Shown here: piece after piece, positions 49,169 through 58,945 of the stretch
Numbering within the stretch: position 1 is the stretch's first letter
How the letters are laid out: each line of letters starts with the position of its first letter
NCBI GenBank assembly: GCA_050298055.1
Contig: JBNKTL010000017.1
Coordinates: 14,920 to 78,919 of the forward strand
Reading direction: 5' to 3'
DNA: 64,000 bases
Source: Spirochaetota bacterium
GTDB taxonomy: Bacteria; Spirochaetota; UBA4802; UBA5550
Made by a program: the position numbers and the translations under genes
Notes under the pieces: model-generated
What the model was told of the DNA's origin: nothing
Seen by the model: only the letters and a program-made list of their open reading frames with translations
Databases searched by the model: none

Positions 49169-49915
49169 TTACGGGATCTGCCCGGCAATCCCCAGAACAT
49201 CCTCTGCCTCATGAACAAGCTCCGGGTAGTCAATCTCCGGTCTCCGGATAACCAGGACCTCCAGTCCCGACTCAAGGGCGGGTTCAATCATTTCTCTCAT
49301 CCCCGAAGTGTCACCCGGCTCCTTGGTGACCAGGAACTTTATCTCCAGCTCCCTGTAGAGGAGAGAGTTGAACTCCCGGGACATCCTGAAGCTCATGGCC
49401 ACGATATTCCCGGGCCGTATACCCGCACCCAGGGCTTCTTCAACGGAGTTGAGAAAGGGGACGATCCTTACCATGAGCCTCTCCCCGGGGATGCGGGAGA
49501 AACTCCCGATCATGTCGGTGCCGGTCACCAGTAAGACCTTTCCCTCCTTTCCGGCGAGGTAGGATGATGCTTCTTCACAGGTCCCGAACATCAGGGCGCC
49601 CTCAAACTCTGCCGCTTTTTGTTCGTACCTGATATACCGGGTCCCTGTTTTCCGGGAAACATCCATAGCGTTGGATGTTACGTCAACGGAATATGAATGG
49701 GTGGCGTCAATGATAAGTTTTACGGAATATTCCTTCACCAGGGCGGCCATGGCATCCTCTGTGAGCTTTCCCGGAATAAAAGTGAGCCCGGGACAGTCTT
49801 TGTAGAGGTCTTTTCCGTATTCCGTACCGGTGGTAACCAGCACAGGGACCCCCGCTTCGCAGAGTTTCCCTACCAGTCCCCTTCCGCTCTCTGTTCCCGA
49901 TAGTACCCAGATCAT
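49169..49915 (-). CDS. cbiJ: precorrin-6A/cobalt-precorrin-6A reductase
   Basis: MIWVLSGTESGR, IIDATH, YIRYE, LVTK..G, VIRRP. Confidence 0.85.
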   Translation of the reverse strand: MIWVLSGTESGRGLVGKLCEAGVPVLVTTGTEYGKDLYKDCPGLTFIPGKLTEDAMAALVKEYSVKLIIDATHSYSVDVTSNAMDVSRKTGTRYIRYEQKAAEFEGALMFGTCEEASSYLAGKEGKVLLVTGTDMIGSFSRIPGERLMVRIVPFLNSVEEALGAGIRPGNIVAMSFRMSREFNSLLYRELEIKFLVTKEPGDTSGMREMIEPALESGLEVLVIRRPEIDYPELVHEAEDVLGIAGQIP

Positions 49916-50025
49916 TTACTCAGCTCCTCTTTTTGTACAGGAAGACCCGGCTTCCAGAGCCCGGAGTGTTCCTTTTCTCTGATTATCTGGTTTCTCTTTT
50001 CTCTCTGTCAATGAAATATTTCGGG

Positions 50026-50154
50026 GCATATTCAGTTAAGTAAAGAATATTCATGAAAAACATAATTGATGTATCCCACCGCCTGCGGCGGCGGGGACAC
50101 ATTGTTGATATTTTTGTAAATATATTTATTATTGCTCTTTAGCTGAATAGTTAC
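50026..50154. mobile_element. MITE-like element, GTAAC-TACTCAGCT family (inverted relative to the 54628 copy)
   Basis: Central ccgcc/ggcgg hairpin, cacattgttgatattt, right end agctgaatagttac. Confidence 0.7.
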
Positions 50155-50297
50155 AAAATAGAGATTTTACCATGAAATAATTAAAAATAAACTGTTTATT
50201 TGTCACATTTAATGTTATATTCTTGACGTAAAACATTACAAATGACACTGTTGAAATGTAATATATTTAAGATAAAATATGACATATAGAAACACAA

Positions 50298-51443
50298 ATG
50301 AGTAAATACCCCCATATACAATTTCGGAAACACTGGCAAATCGGAAATTCCTGTGCGTATCAATTAGGTGAATGTTCCGCTTTAATTCAGGCTCTCTCAA
50401 ATATTCCTTTAAAACCTGAATATAGATCAAAATTATTACAGGTATCACTGATAAAAGGAGCGCAGGCAACAACTGCTATCGAAGGAAATACTTTAACTGA
50501 AGAAGAAATTGAAAAGATTCAGGAAGGGTGGAAACTTCCTGAAAGCCGGGAATATCAGGAAAGAGAAGTAACAAATGTTATAAATGCTTTTAATGAATTA
50601 TTAAAAGAAATAATAGAAGAAGAAAAGTTAAGAATTATTACGCCGGATACCATAAAAACTTTTCATAAGATGATTGGAAAAAATTTAGGCAAACATCTGG
50701 ATGCTATACCCGGCAAATTCAGAACTGACAGCCGTTTTGTAGGTCCTTACAAAACACCGGACCATGAAGATATTCCTGGGCTAATGGAGGAATTATGTAC
50801 CTGGTTAAAAAAAGAATTTCATTTTGAATCGGGGCAGGATTTTCCCACAGCGGTCATTCAGGCTGTTGTGACACATGTTTATCTGGAATGGATTCATCCT
50901 TTTGGAGACGGTAACGGACGAACAGGAAGACTTCTTGAGTTTTATATCCTGTTACGTGCGGGACTTCCGGATATTGTTTCTCATGTCCTATCAAATTTCT
51001 ACAATAAAACAAGACAGGAATATTATCGCCAGCTGAGAAATGCAAAAGAAAAAAATGATTTAACTTTTTTTATCGAATACGCTGTTAAAGGATTTCGTGA
51101 CGGTCTTGTTGAAAATCTTGATATTATACAGGAAAGCCAATTGTATACTTTTTGGCATAATTATATTTATGAAATTTTTAGTAATTTAAGATATACAAAA
51201 AAGGAAGCTTTTAAAAGGAAAAGAGAATTAATTCTTCAGTTGCCAACTGACAAATATTTATCAACTGATGAAATGACGATGACAACTCCCCTCATTGCCA
51301 AAATGTATTCTCAAGTCAATAAAGTAACGGTATTACGTGATATAAAAGAATTAATTGAACTAAATCTTCTGAAAAAAGAGGGGAGAAAATATAAAGCAAA
51401 TATTGAAATATTGCGTACCATGATCCCCCTCAAGAAACAATAA
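50298..51443 (+). CDS. fic: Fic family AMPylase, class II, with probable C-terminal HTH
   Basis: HPFGDGNGRTGR catalytic motif; TTAIEGN autoinhibitory motif. Confidence 0.92.
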   Translation: MSKYPHIQFRKHWQIGNSCAYQLGECSALIQALSNIPLKPEYRSKLLQVSLIKGAQATTAIEGNTLTEEEIEKIQEGWKLPESREYQEREVTNVINAFNELLKEIIEEEKLRIITPDTIKTFHKMIGKNLGKHLDAIPGKFRTDSRFVGPYKTPDHEDIPGLMEELCTWLKKEFHFESGQDFPTAVIQAVVTHVYLEWIHPFGDGNGRTGRLLEFYILLRAGLPDIVSHVLSNFYNKTRQEYYRQLRNAKEKNDLTFFIEYAVKGFRDGLVENLDIIQESQLYTFWHNYIYEIFSNLRYTKKEAFKRKRELILQLPTDKYLSTDEMTMTTPLIAKMYSQVNKVTVLRDIKELIELNLLKKEGRKYKANIEILRTMIPLKKQ

Positions 51444-51455
51444 AACGGATGTCTC

Positions 51456-53318
51456 CTACTCATCCGGCGCCCCCGTAAAGATCTCCGGGACCGCTTCCAC
51501 TACGGAATCGTCCTCTGCCAGGACCGCGTTTATGACTCCCGGGTATTTTCCGAATTCCGTTCCGATAAAGTAGCGTGACGCCAGGATCTTTCCCCGGTAG
51601 AAGGCCGCTTCGCTGTTTTCGGACACGGCCTTATCAGGCTCGTCCGCTCCTCTTATCTCATCCAGTTTTGGAATGCAGATGGTGAGTGAACGGAGGTGCA
51701 TCCACGCGTAGCTCAGGAGGGCGAACGCCTCCAGGAGGAGGGCGGCCCTGGCCATGAGCCCCGGGACCTCCAGTTTTTTGAGTTTTTCACCCAGTTTTGC
51801 CACAGTACTGTTCATTATCTCAATTCCCTCTTTTACGGGAGCGATAAATTTTTCCTCAACGATACCCGATGCTTCATCCACGGCTTTTTGGACCCTTCCC
51901 CTGTACACGGTGTAATTCCTGAGTTCGGGATTCATCAGGAGTTTCCTCATGATGAGGTCCATGGCCTGTATCCCGTTTGTCCCTTCATAGATGGCCAGTA
52001 TCTTTGAGTCCCGTGCCAGCTGTTCCACGGGGTACTCCCGGGTGTATCCGTATCCGCCGAAAACCTGCACCGCGTCTCCCGTGATCTCCCACGCCCGGTC
52101 GGTGTTTCCGGCCTTGATGATGGGTGTGAGGAAATCCACAAGGGCTTCCTCCTCCTCTGCGGCGGCTTTGTCTCCCGTAAGGGCCCTGTCGATACTGAAA
52201 TTTGCCGTGGCCATAAGCATCCTCATGGCTTCCACGCGGGATTTCATCCTGAGGAGCATCCGCTTCACGTCGGGATGGCTGATAATGGGGACAGAGGGCG
52301 CGTCGGGGTCCGTCATCTTCATGATCTCCTTTCCCTGTATCCTGTTCTTCGCATAGGTGACCGCGTGAAGATAGGCGCTGCTGGAGAGGGCAAGCCCCTG
52401 GAGCCCCACGTCGATCCGTGCCTCGTTCATCATCTGGAACATCATCTTAAGCCCCTTCCTCTCCTCTCCCATGAGGTACCCCGCGCACTTTCCGTTGTCT
52501 CCGAAGCTCAGGGCGCAGGTGGCCGATCCGTTGAGCCCCATTTTATGTTCGATCCCGGTACAGATAAAATCGTTTCTCTCTCCCAGTGATCCGTCGTGGT
52601 TGACCAGGTATTTGGGCACCAGGAACATGGAGATCCCCCGTGTACCGGGGGGGTCTCCCTCTATCCGCGCCAGGACCGGGTGGACCATGTTCTCGTAGAG
52701 GTTGTTGTCCCCGGAGGATATGAAGATCTTCTGTCCCGAGATGAGATAGGTCCCGTCATCCTGCCTCACGGCTTTTGTCTTGAGGGCCCCCACATCGGAA
52801 CCGGCATCGGGCTCGGTGAGACACATGGTCCCTCCCCATTCACCTTCCGCCATCTTTTGCAGAAAGAGGTCTTTCAGCTCACCGGTATAAAAATTCCTTA
52901 CAAGCTTTGCGGCGCCCATGGTGAGAGTACAGTATATGCTGAAGGATATGCTCGCGGAGAAGAAATATTCCAGGGCGGCCCTGAAGACAACCATGGGCAG
53001 TCCCATTCCCCCGCAGTCGGCGGGAAGCCCCAGTCCCGGGAAGCCCGCTTCTTTAAATAACCTGAAGGGCTCCATAAATGATCCGGGGACTTTTACCTCC
53101 CCCGTCGCGGGATTGAAGAAGACACCCTCCTGCTCGGAAAGGGTGTTGGCGGGGTAGACCCTGTTATACGCAATCTGTTCCGCAAGGGTCAGGATATCTT
53201 CAAAGATCTCCCTGTCAAACTCCGAGTAGATCTCATGCCGGGTGAGATCCAGGGTATGGAGAAATTCAAAGAGTATAAAACGCACGTCACGTGAATCGAC
53301 CAGGAAGTTTGATGCCAT
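51456..53318 (-). CDS. acyl-CoA dehydrogenase
   Basis: TMCLTEPDAGSD, GQKIFIS, EHKMG, QVFGGYGY, IYEGTNGIQ. Confidence 0.95.
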   Translation of the reverse strand: MASNFLVDSRDVRFILFEFLHTLDLTRHEIYSEFDREIFEDILTLAEQIAYNRVYPANTLSEQEGVFFNPATGEVKVPGSFMEPFRLFKEAGFPGLGLPADCGGMGLPMVVFRAALEYFFSASISFSIYCTLTMGAAKLVRNFYTGELKDLFLQKMAEGEWGGTMCLTEPDAGSDVGALKTKAVRQDDGTYLISGQKIFISSGDNNLYENMVHPVLARIEGDPPGTRGISMFLVPKYLVNHDGSLGERNDFICTGIEHKMGLNGSATCALSFGDNGKCAGYLMGEERKGLKMMFQMMNEARIDVGLQGLALSSSAYLHAVTYAKNRIQGKEIMKMTDPDAPSVPIISHPDVKRMLLRMKSRVEAMRMLMATANFSIDRALTGDKAAAEEEEALVDFLTPIIKAGNTDRAWEITGDAVQVFGGYGYTREYPVEQLARDSKILAIYEGTNGIQAMDLIMRKLLMNPELRNYTVYRGRVQKAVDEASGIVEEKFIAPVKEGIEIMNSTVAKLGEKLKKLEVPGLMARAALLLEAFALLSYAWMHLRSLTICIPKLDEIRGADEPDKAVSENSEAAFYRGKILASRYFIGTEFGKYPGVINAVLAEDDSVVEAVPEIFTGAPDE

Positions 53319-53327
53319 TACGCTCTC

Positions 53328-54602
53328 CTATTTAAGATATTCTTTTGCTATTCTCTCTCCCTCTTCCATGTTGACCTTCAGAAGCAGGAATCCCCCGGTA
53401 ATAAAAAGTATAATTATCGAGATGATCCCGTACCGGATGTTGCCGGTAAGGAGAGTCACACTCCCCATGAGGAAAGGCCCGATCACCGCCGCGAACTTGC
53501 CGATCATGTTATAGAAACCGTAAAACTGCGCTGACTTTTCGGGGGGGATGAGTCGGGAGTAGAGACTCCTGCTCAGGGCCTGTATTCCTCCCTGGAAAAG
53601 CCCCACTGTTCCCGCGAGAATATAGAAGTGGATCTCACTGCTCATAAAATAAGCCAGGATGGTGATAATTGAATAGGCCAGGATTGAGATCTGCACCGCT
53701 TTTTTTACCCCGATCTTATAGGCCAGCTTGCTGTAGAGGAGCGTCGCGGGGAAGGCGATAAACTGTACCATGAGAAGCGCTGTTATCAGGGCGCTGCTGG
53801 GGAAGCCCAGGGACATACCGTAGTCAACGGCCATCCTGATGATGGTGTCCACCCCGTCGATATAGAGCCAGTATGCCAGGAGGAATGTCCCCACGATCTT
53901 CAGGTGCTGTATCTCTTTGAAGGTGTCAACCAGCTGGCGCCAGCCCCGGGTCACCGCTTCACCGAAACCGATGGATTCCTTCATGTAAGGCTCCTTCACG
54001 AAGAGGAAAACCGGGATTGAGAAGACCGCCCACCAGATGGCAACAGAGAGAAATGATATCCTGATGGCGGTGGCGCCGTCAGGGATGCCGAAAAGTTCCG
54101 GTTTCAGGTACATGAGAACATTTACCAGGAAGAGAAGCCCTCCCCCGATATATCCCAGCGAGAACCCCAGGGATGAGACAAAGTCAACCTTCTCTTCGGA
54201 TGCCACACCGGGAAGGAGTGAATCGTAAAAGATATTGCCTCCGGAAAAACCTATGGTGGCCCCCACATAGAAGACGATTGCCATGAACCAGTTTCCCTTT
54301 GCCACCAGCCAGAGGGACCCGCTCATGATGACCCCCAGGAACGCAAAGAGGAAGAGGAACTTTTTCTTTGCAGAGCCCCTGTCTGCCACAGCTCCCAGGA
54401 AGGGGGCCAGGGCGGCAACCAGTATGGATGCCATTGAATTTGCCACACCCAGGTAGAAAGTGCTCTGGTTCGGATCATCAGGATTTGCCCAGTAACCCTT
54501 AAAAAAGAGGGGAAAGAACCCTGCCATAACAGTTGTGGCGAAAGCCGAGTTGCCCCAGTCATAAAATGCCCAGGACCAGTATGTTTTTTTATTATCCTGC
54601 AT
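53328..54602 (-). CDS. MFS transporter (UMF1/Atg22-like)
   Basis: WAFYDWGNSAF, FYDSLLP, DGVDTII, QALSRS; 12 TMs. Confidence 0.9.
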   Translation of the reverse strand: MQDNKKTYWSWAFYDWGNSAFATTVMAGFFPLFFKGYWANPDDPNQSTFYLGVANSMASILVAALAPFLGAVADRGSAKKKFLFLFAFLGVIMSGSLWLVAKGNWFMAIVFYVGATIGFSGGNIFYDSLLPGVASEEKVDFVSSLGFSLGYIGGGLLFLVNVLMYLKPELFGIPDGATAIRISFLSVAIWWAVFSIPVFLFVKEPYMKESIGFGEAVTRGWRQLVDTFKEIQHLKIVGTFLLAYWLYIDGVDTIIRMAVDYGMSLGFPSSALITALLMVQFIAFPATLLYSKLAYKIGVKKAVQISILAYSIITILAYFMSSEIHFYILAGTVGLFQGGIQALSRSLYSRLIPPEKSAQFYGFYNMIGKFAAVIGPFLMGSVTLLTGNIRYGIISIIILFITGGFLLLKVNMEEGERIAKEYLK

Positions 54603-54627
54603 ATTTCCCTCTTTTATTCATTTATTT

Positions 54628-54762
54628 ATAACTACTCAGCTATATGGCTTGTAATTAACTTGTTTGCTAAAATATCAACAATGTGCCCCGCCGCCTTCGG
54701 CGGCGGGGGCACATCAGTTATGTTCGTGTTAAATATTTATTCTTATACATAGCTGTAATTAT
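54628..54762. mobile_element. MITE-like element, GTAAC-TACTCAGCT family
   Basis: Left end ataactactcagct; hairpin gtgccccgccgcc-ttc-ggcggcgggggcac; ttattcttatacatagctg. Confidence 0.7.
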
Positions 54763-54894
54763 ATTTATTTCATGAAATATAAGTTTATGAATTTTAAGGA
54801 AATATGTAAAGCACTATTGCAGTGAGAATTTTATTTTCAGGGAGAGTTCATGAAATTGCCTTGACCATAGGGAAAGACAATTTTTAATATCGGT

Positions 54895-55758
54895 ATGCAA
54901 AACAGTCCCAAGCCATTCATCAAGGGCCTTAAGGGGTTTACACCCATAGGTCACAGGGGTGCCGGGGGTGAAGTCCCGGGGAACACCATAGAGTCTTTCG
55001 GGCATCTCCTTGATCTTCTTCCCGGTGCCATCCTTGAGCTTGATGTCTGGGGCACCCGTGACGGCAGGATTGTGGTCTACCATGACGAGCTGCTCGATCA
55101 TGAAACAGACGGCAGGGGGCCGGTATCTTTTCTTACCTATGAAGAGCTTCGTAAAATTGACAGGGGTTACAGGGTCAGTTGGGACGGCGGGCAGAGTTTT
55201 CCTTTCAGGAACAGGGGATACAGGATACCCCTCCTTGAAGACGTTATAAAGGAGTTTCCCTCTTCAAGAATATCAATTGATGTCAAGCAGCATGATACCG
55301 GTTTTGCCGCGAAGGTCATGAAGATGCTTGAGGAGAATGACGCGGTTGAAAGGATCATCCTGGGATCCTTCAGCGGCGGGATCAACAGGTACCTGTGCCG
55401 GTGGAGTAATGATACAGTCACAAGCTTTCGGACCGGGGAGGTCCTGAAGTTCACGCTTTTTCATATCATTCATACGGCCTGTCTCTATAAAAAGAAGAAT
55501 GACGCCATGATGATCCCTGAATTCATAAGTCCCGGCGGAGAAGTGACCGAGGATGAGTATGGGAAGAGGGGGATACGGATAGTAAGCGAGAGGTTTATTA
55601 AAGACGCCCACAGGCTGGGGGTCCCCGTTTTCATATGGACAATAAACAGGGAAGAGAATATGAGAAGGCTCATAGACTGGGGTGTTGACGGGATCGTTAC
55701 GGATTATCCGTCCCGCCTCAAAAAGGTCATGCGGGAGAAGGGACTGATTTCGAGTTAG
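54895..55758 (+). CDS. glycerophosphodiester phosphodiesterase
   Basis: GHRGA, ELDV, VVYHD, WTIN, GVDGIVTDYP. Confidence 0.92.
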   Translation: MQNSPKPFIKGLKGFTPIGHRGAGGEVPGNTIESFGHLLDLLPGAILELDVWGTRDGRIVVYHDELLDHETDGRGPVSFLTYEELRKIDRGYRVSWDGGQSFPFRNRGYRIPLLEDVIKEFPSSRISIDVKQHDTGFAAKVMKMLEENDAVERIILGSFSGGINRYLCRWSNDTVTSFRTGEVLKFTLFHIIHTACLYKKKNDAMMIPEFISPGGEVTEDEYGKRGIRIVSERFIKDAHRLGVPVFIWTINREENMRRLIDWGVDGIVTDYPSRLKKVMREKGLISS

Positions 55759-55805
55759 GGAAAGTTCCGGGCTCCGAGTTCCGGGCTGAAAAGAGAAGAG
55801 TTTTA

Positions 55806-55950
55806 AACCGCCAAGACGCAAAGGACGCGAAGGAAGAGTTCCTTAATGTTAAGTTTAATTAAAGAAACCGTTTTTAATGAGATAATTCAAAATTAAAAAT
55901 TTAAAATTCAACATTATATAAAGCTTTGCGCCCTTTGTGTATTGGCGGTT
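55806..55950. repeat. REP-like inverted pair
   Basis: aaccgccaagacgcaaaggacgcgaag ... ctttgcgccctttgtgtattggcggtt; a half-copy lies at 58801-58830. Confidence 0.7.
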
Positions 55951-56002
55951 CAAAAAAAATGTGTAAATGTGAGCCGGATTGAAAAGGGGGCAGGAGAGGT
56001 CG

Positions 56003-56875
56003 ATGATTGACAAAACCATAACCGGAAAACTCATCGTTGAAGGGAGTGAAAGCTATCTCCTTGATAAGGAAGGCAGAGAACACTTCAGGGAGAACCTCAT
56101 CTGGGACGGTTATACGGGGCACTGGGAGGGTGAAAAACTGAACGCGCGGTATCTTCCGCAGAGGGACTACCGTTCCGGTGATCAGATCATTATCATGTGG
56201 CCCGTTGACAGCGGGGAGGGAAAAGGGGCGGTTGAACTCTATTACAATGAGAGGCTGGTGAAGTACCCTGTCTCGGTCCTGGGTCATATTGCACTTAACA
56301 TTGACGGTTCCCTCTTTAACTTTTCTCATCTGATAAACGAGAATGAGATTGTTACACCGGAAGAATACTTCTTCAGACCCGCACTTGGGGAGTTTGCTCC
56401 CCATCCCGAAACGGGGAGCTATAACGACACCGATCCCCAAAGGCCATACCTGGACAAGTTCGGGAGGCAGTTCATGAGAACGATCCATGTCCTGAGGATC
56501 CGGGGGCTTGATAACGAGAGACTCATTAAATACTGCAGAAACCAGCTTGAGATCATACACAATACTCCCCGGGACCCGGATAAACCGGATAAGTATGCCG
56601 ACTTTAATATTTTCAGGAGAAGCTGCAGTACCATCATCAGGGACTGTTTCCGTGAATACGGATTCACACCCATATCGGGTGTATTTCCCCGGGACCTCTT
56701 TGTGAACATGGCGTACTTTTTTTTCAGGAAAGAAAAAACAAAGAAACTCGGGATATCTTATTATCAGAGAAAACAGCTGAAAGTCCCGGAAGCGGCATGC
56801 AGTAAAATAACGCCGCTTATCAATCCCCTGAACAGGATAAGGGGCTTCCTGATAAGAAAGGACCTTCGTCAATAA
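56003..56875 (+). CDS. hypothetical protein with permuted papain-like (H...C) motifs
   Basis: LGHIALNIDG.LFNF and FNIFRRSCSTII; GAGG RBS before ATG 56003. Confidence 0.55.
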   Translation: MIDKTITGKLIVEGSESYLLDKEGREHFRENLIWDGYTGHWEGEKLNARYLPQRDYRSGDQIIIMWPVDSGEGKGAVELYYNERLVKYPVSVLGHIALNIDGSLFNFSHLINENEIVTPEEYFFRPALGEFAPHPETGSYNDTDPQRPYLDKFGRQFMRTIHVLRIRGLDNERLIKYCRNQLEIIHNTPRDPDKPDKYADFNIFRRSCSTIIRDCFREYGFTPISGVFPRDLFVNMAYFFFRKEKTKKLGISYYQRKQLKVPEAACSKITPLINPLNRIRGFLIRKDLRQ

Positions 56876-56905
56876 GAGGAGAGTGTCCCGGAGAGTAAAG
56901 GTCTC

Positions 56906-58621
56906 TCATTTCTCCTGTTTCACCTTCAGTGTCCGAAGCCTGTTCAGGGCTGCGGCGAGTTCAAGCTTCCTGAACCCCGCGTAGTTCCCCACCGGCCAGG
57001 GACTCAGTATATCGAGGCCCTCCGTATTAATATCCGTCTCAACCCTGGCGGCAATCTCACCCAGTGTATTCACTCCGTTCATATATTTTCGTGAGTAGTT
57101 GAGAGCATCGCCCATGGCACGGGTCTGGCTCATGCTTACGATCTGCTCGATCCCGGAGAGGTCGATCTCCTCCCTTCCGAACCGGATGCTGTTCATGCCC
57201 CGGGCATCGATCTTTACTTCTCTCTTCCCCCGTGATGGGTCCAGGCTTTCCGGTGAGGGTATCCTCCTGATAAGGGTCCCGAACCCGCTGCCTCCTTCAC
57301 GGCTTCGCTCGGCCCTGTATTTTCCGGCTATCCGCGACGCTTCCTCCGTTACCTCCTCCGGAAGATATTCAACCATGCAGATCACCGTATGGGCCACATC
57401 GAAGTAGTCCCCGGAGCCCCCGATGACCAGGACCGTGGATATCCCGTGATCGGTGTGGAGCTGCTCCACCTTGTCGATAAAGGGCGTTATCGGTTCCTTC
57501 TCCTTTGCAACAAGCTCCTGCATCCTGTGGTCCCTTATCATGAAGTTGGTGGCCGAGGTGTCCTCGTCGATCATGAGAATATCGGCCCCTGCCTCTATGG
57601 CCTCGATTATGTTGGCGGACTGTGAGGTGCTGCCGCTTGCGTCTCCCGTGCTGAAGGAGTCGGTGTTCCTGTTGAAGGGAAGGTTGCTAATGAAGGGGGA
57701 TATGCAGGTTTTCTCTATCCTTCTCCCGTCCTCGGCCCGTATCTTCACCGCCCCTCTTCCCGTGACCACAAACTCCCTGCCGTCGCCGGGCAGGTGGTTG
57801 TAGATCCCCCGTTCAAGGGCGTTCATAAGGGTGGATTTGCCATGGTATCCTCCTCCCACTATGAGGGTGATGCCCTTCCGTATGCCCATGCCGGAGATGG
57901 TGCCCCTGTTGGGAAGGGTAAAATCCACACGCAGGGATTCCGGAGACCTGAAAAGGACAGCCTCTTTCTTTTCCATGGGGGCCTGGTCTATGCCGCTTTT
58001 TCGGGGAAGGAGGGAGCCGTCGGCAACAAAGGCAATGAGGCCGGAACCGTCAAGCTCTTCCCGCAGGTGGTCCGCGTCTTCCGCAACTTCTATATGCCGG
58101 GTGAGCTCCTCCCGGTTGAGGTTTTTATAGACAAGTGATTTTTCCACTATTTCCGGGAGTTCATGGAAGAACATTCTTCCGGCGGTCCCGCTGTCAATCT
58201 TTCTTCCCCTGGCCGGAAGCCCCATGACAAACCGCGCCTCCACAAAGTCGCTGTTTACAAAAACCGATGTCCTGGGGAGGACCTCCTGTCCCGGCCTGTC
58301 AATTGAGATGATCCCGCTTTTCCCGGTCCCCCTTATTCCCCGGCAGATTTTTCCCGCCGCGCCGGCGAAGCACCGTGTGAGGTAATCGGCAAGCCCCCTG
58401 TTCCTGCTTTTCCCGGTATATGTATTCTCCGGGAACCCCCCTTCCTCCTGTGAAAGTCTCACGCGTATTCTGCTGGGAGCGGCGAAGGGATCTCCCTGTA
58501 CATGATCAATAATGAGTGTATAGAGACCGGCTCCGTAGGTGTCCCTGATGTCCTTATACGCCTTGTATCCCCGTCCGTCTATCCGGGCCAGTATTCTTTT
58601 TAAATCTTCCGTTGTTTTCAT
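56906..58621 (-). CDS. ABC-class ATPase-domain protein (ABC_ATPase/MRB1590-like)
   Basis: DHVQGDPFAAPSR, GGGYHGKST, ASGSTSQ, IDEDTSATNFMIRD, ALNRLR. Confidence 0.88.
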   Translation of the reverse strand: MKTTEDLKRILARIDGRGYKAYKDIRDTYGAGLYTLIIDHVQGDPFAAPSRIRVRLSQEEGGFPENTYTGKSRNRGLADYLTRCFAGAAGKICRGIRGTGKSGIISIDRPGQEVLPRTSVFVNSDFVEARFVMGLPARGRKIDSGTAGRMFFHELPEIVEKSLVYKNLNREELTRHIEVAEDADHLREELDGSGLIAFVADGSLLPRKSGIDQAPMEKKEAVLFRSPESLRVDFTLPNRGTISGMGIRKGITLIVGGGYHGKSTLMNALERGIYNHLPGDGREFVVTGRGAVKIRAEDGRRIEKTCISPFISNLPFNRNTDSFSTGDASGSTSQSANIIEAIEAGADILMIDEDTSATNFMIRDHRMQELVAKEKEPITPFIDKVEQLHTDHGISTVLVIGGSGDYFDVAHTVICMVEYLPEEVTEEASRIAGKYRAERSREGGSGFGTLIRRIPSPESLDPSRGKREVKIDARGMNSIRFGREEIDLSGIEQIVSMSQTRAMGDALNYSRKYMNGVNTLGEIAARVETDINTEGLDILSPWPVGNYAGFRKLELAAALNRLRTLKVKQEK

Positions 58622-58698
58622 TTTTAAATTATTTTTGCTGTCCGCTGTAAATCATATGCAACAGTAATTGATGATTATATTTTTCACAAGAAAAATTT

Positions 58699-58866
58699 AA
58701 GCCCCCTTCCGGGTTGAGTTCTACCCACATTTAGTAATGCAGAGGCATATCCCCTCTTCAATCCCCTAATCCCCCTTTTTTTTTCTTTATCTTATAAAAA
58801 CTTCGCGCTCTTTGTGTCCTGGGCGGTTCAAAAAATGTGGGTAGAAGTCAGCCTTCCGGGGGGCTT
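58699..58866. repeat. composite inverted repeat enclosing other REP halves
   Basis: aagccccc...ttctacccacattt / aaatgtgggtagaa...gggggctt. Confidence 0.65.
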
Positions 58867-58945
58867 TATGGGTAGCAATGAGTCGTGTGAACTTCCGGTT
58901 TTCTTGTTGAAATTGTGGGGCTGGCCGGCTAATATTACATTAATT

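Noticed and set aside
55901..56872. 323-aa minus-strand ORF
   Set aside because: Fully overlaps the plus-strand ORF, which has an RBS and plausible catalytic motifs; likely a shadow
58814..58945. N-terminal extension of the 840-aa kinase ORF
   Set aside because: Lies partly in a repeat element; the REC domain begins at ATG 58946
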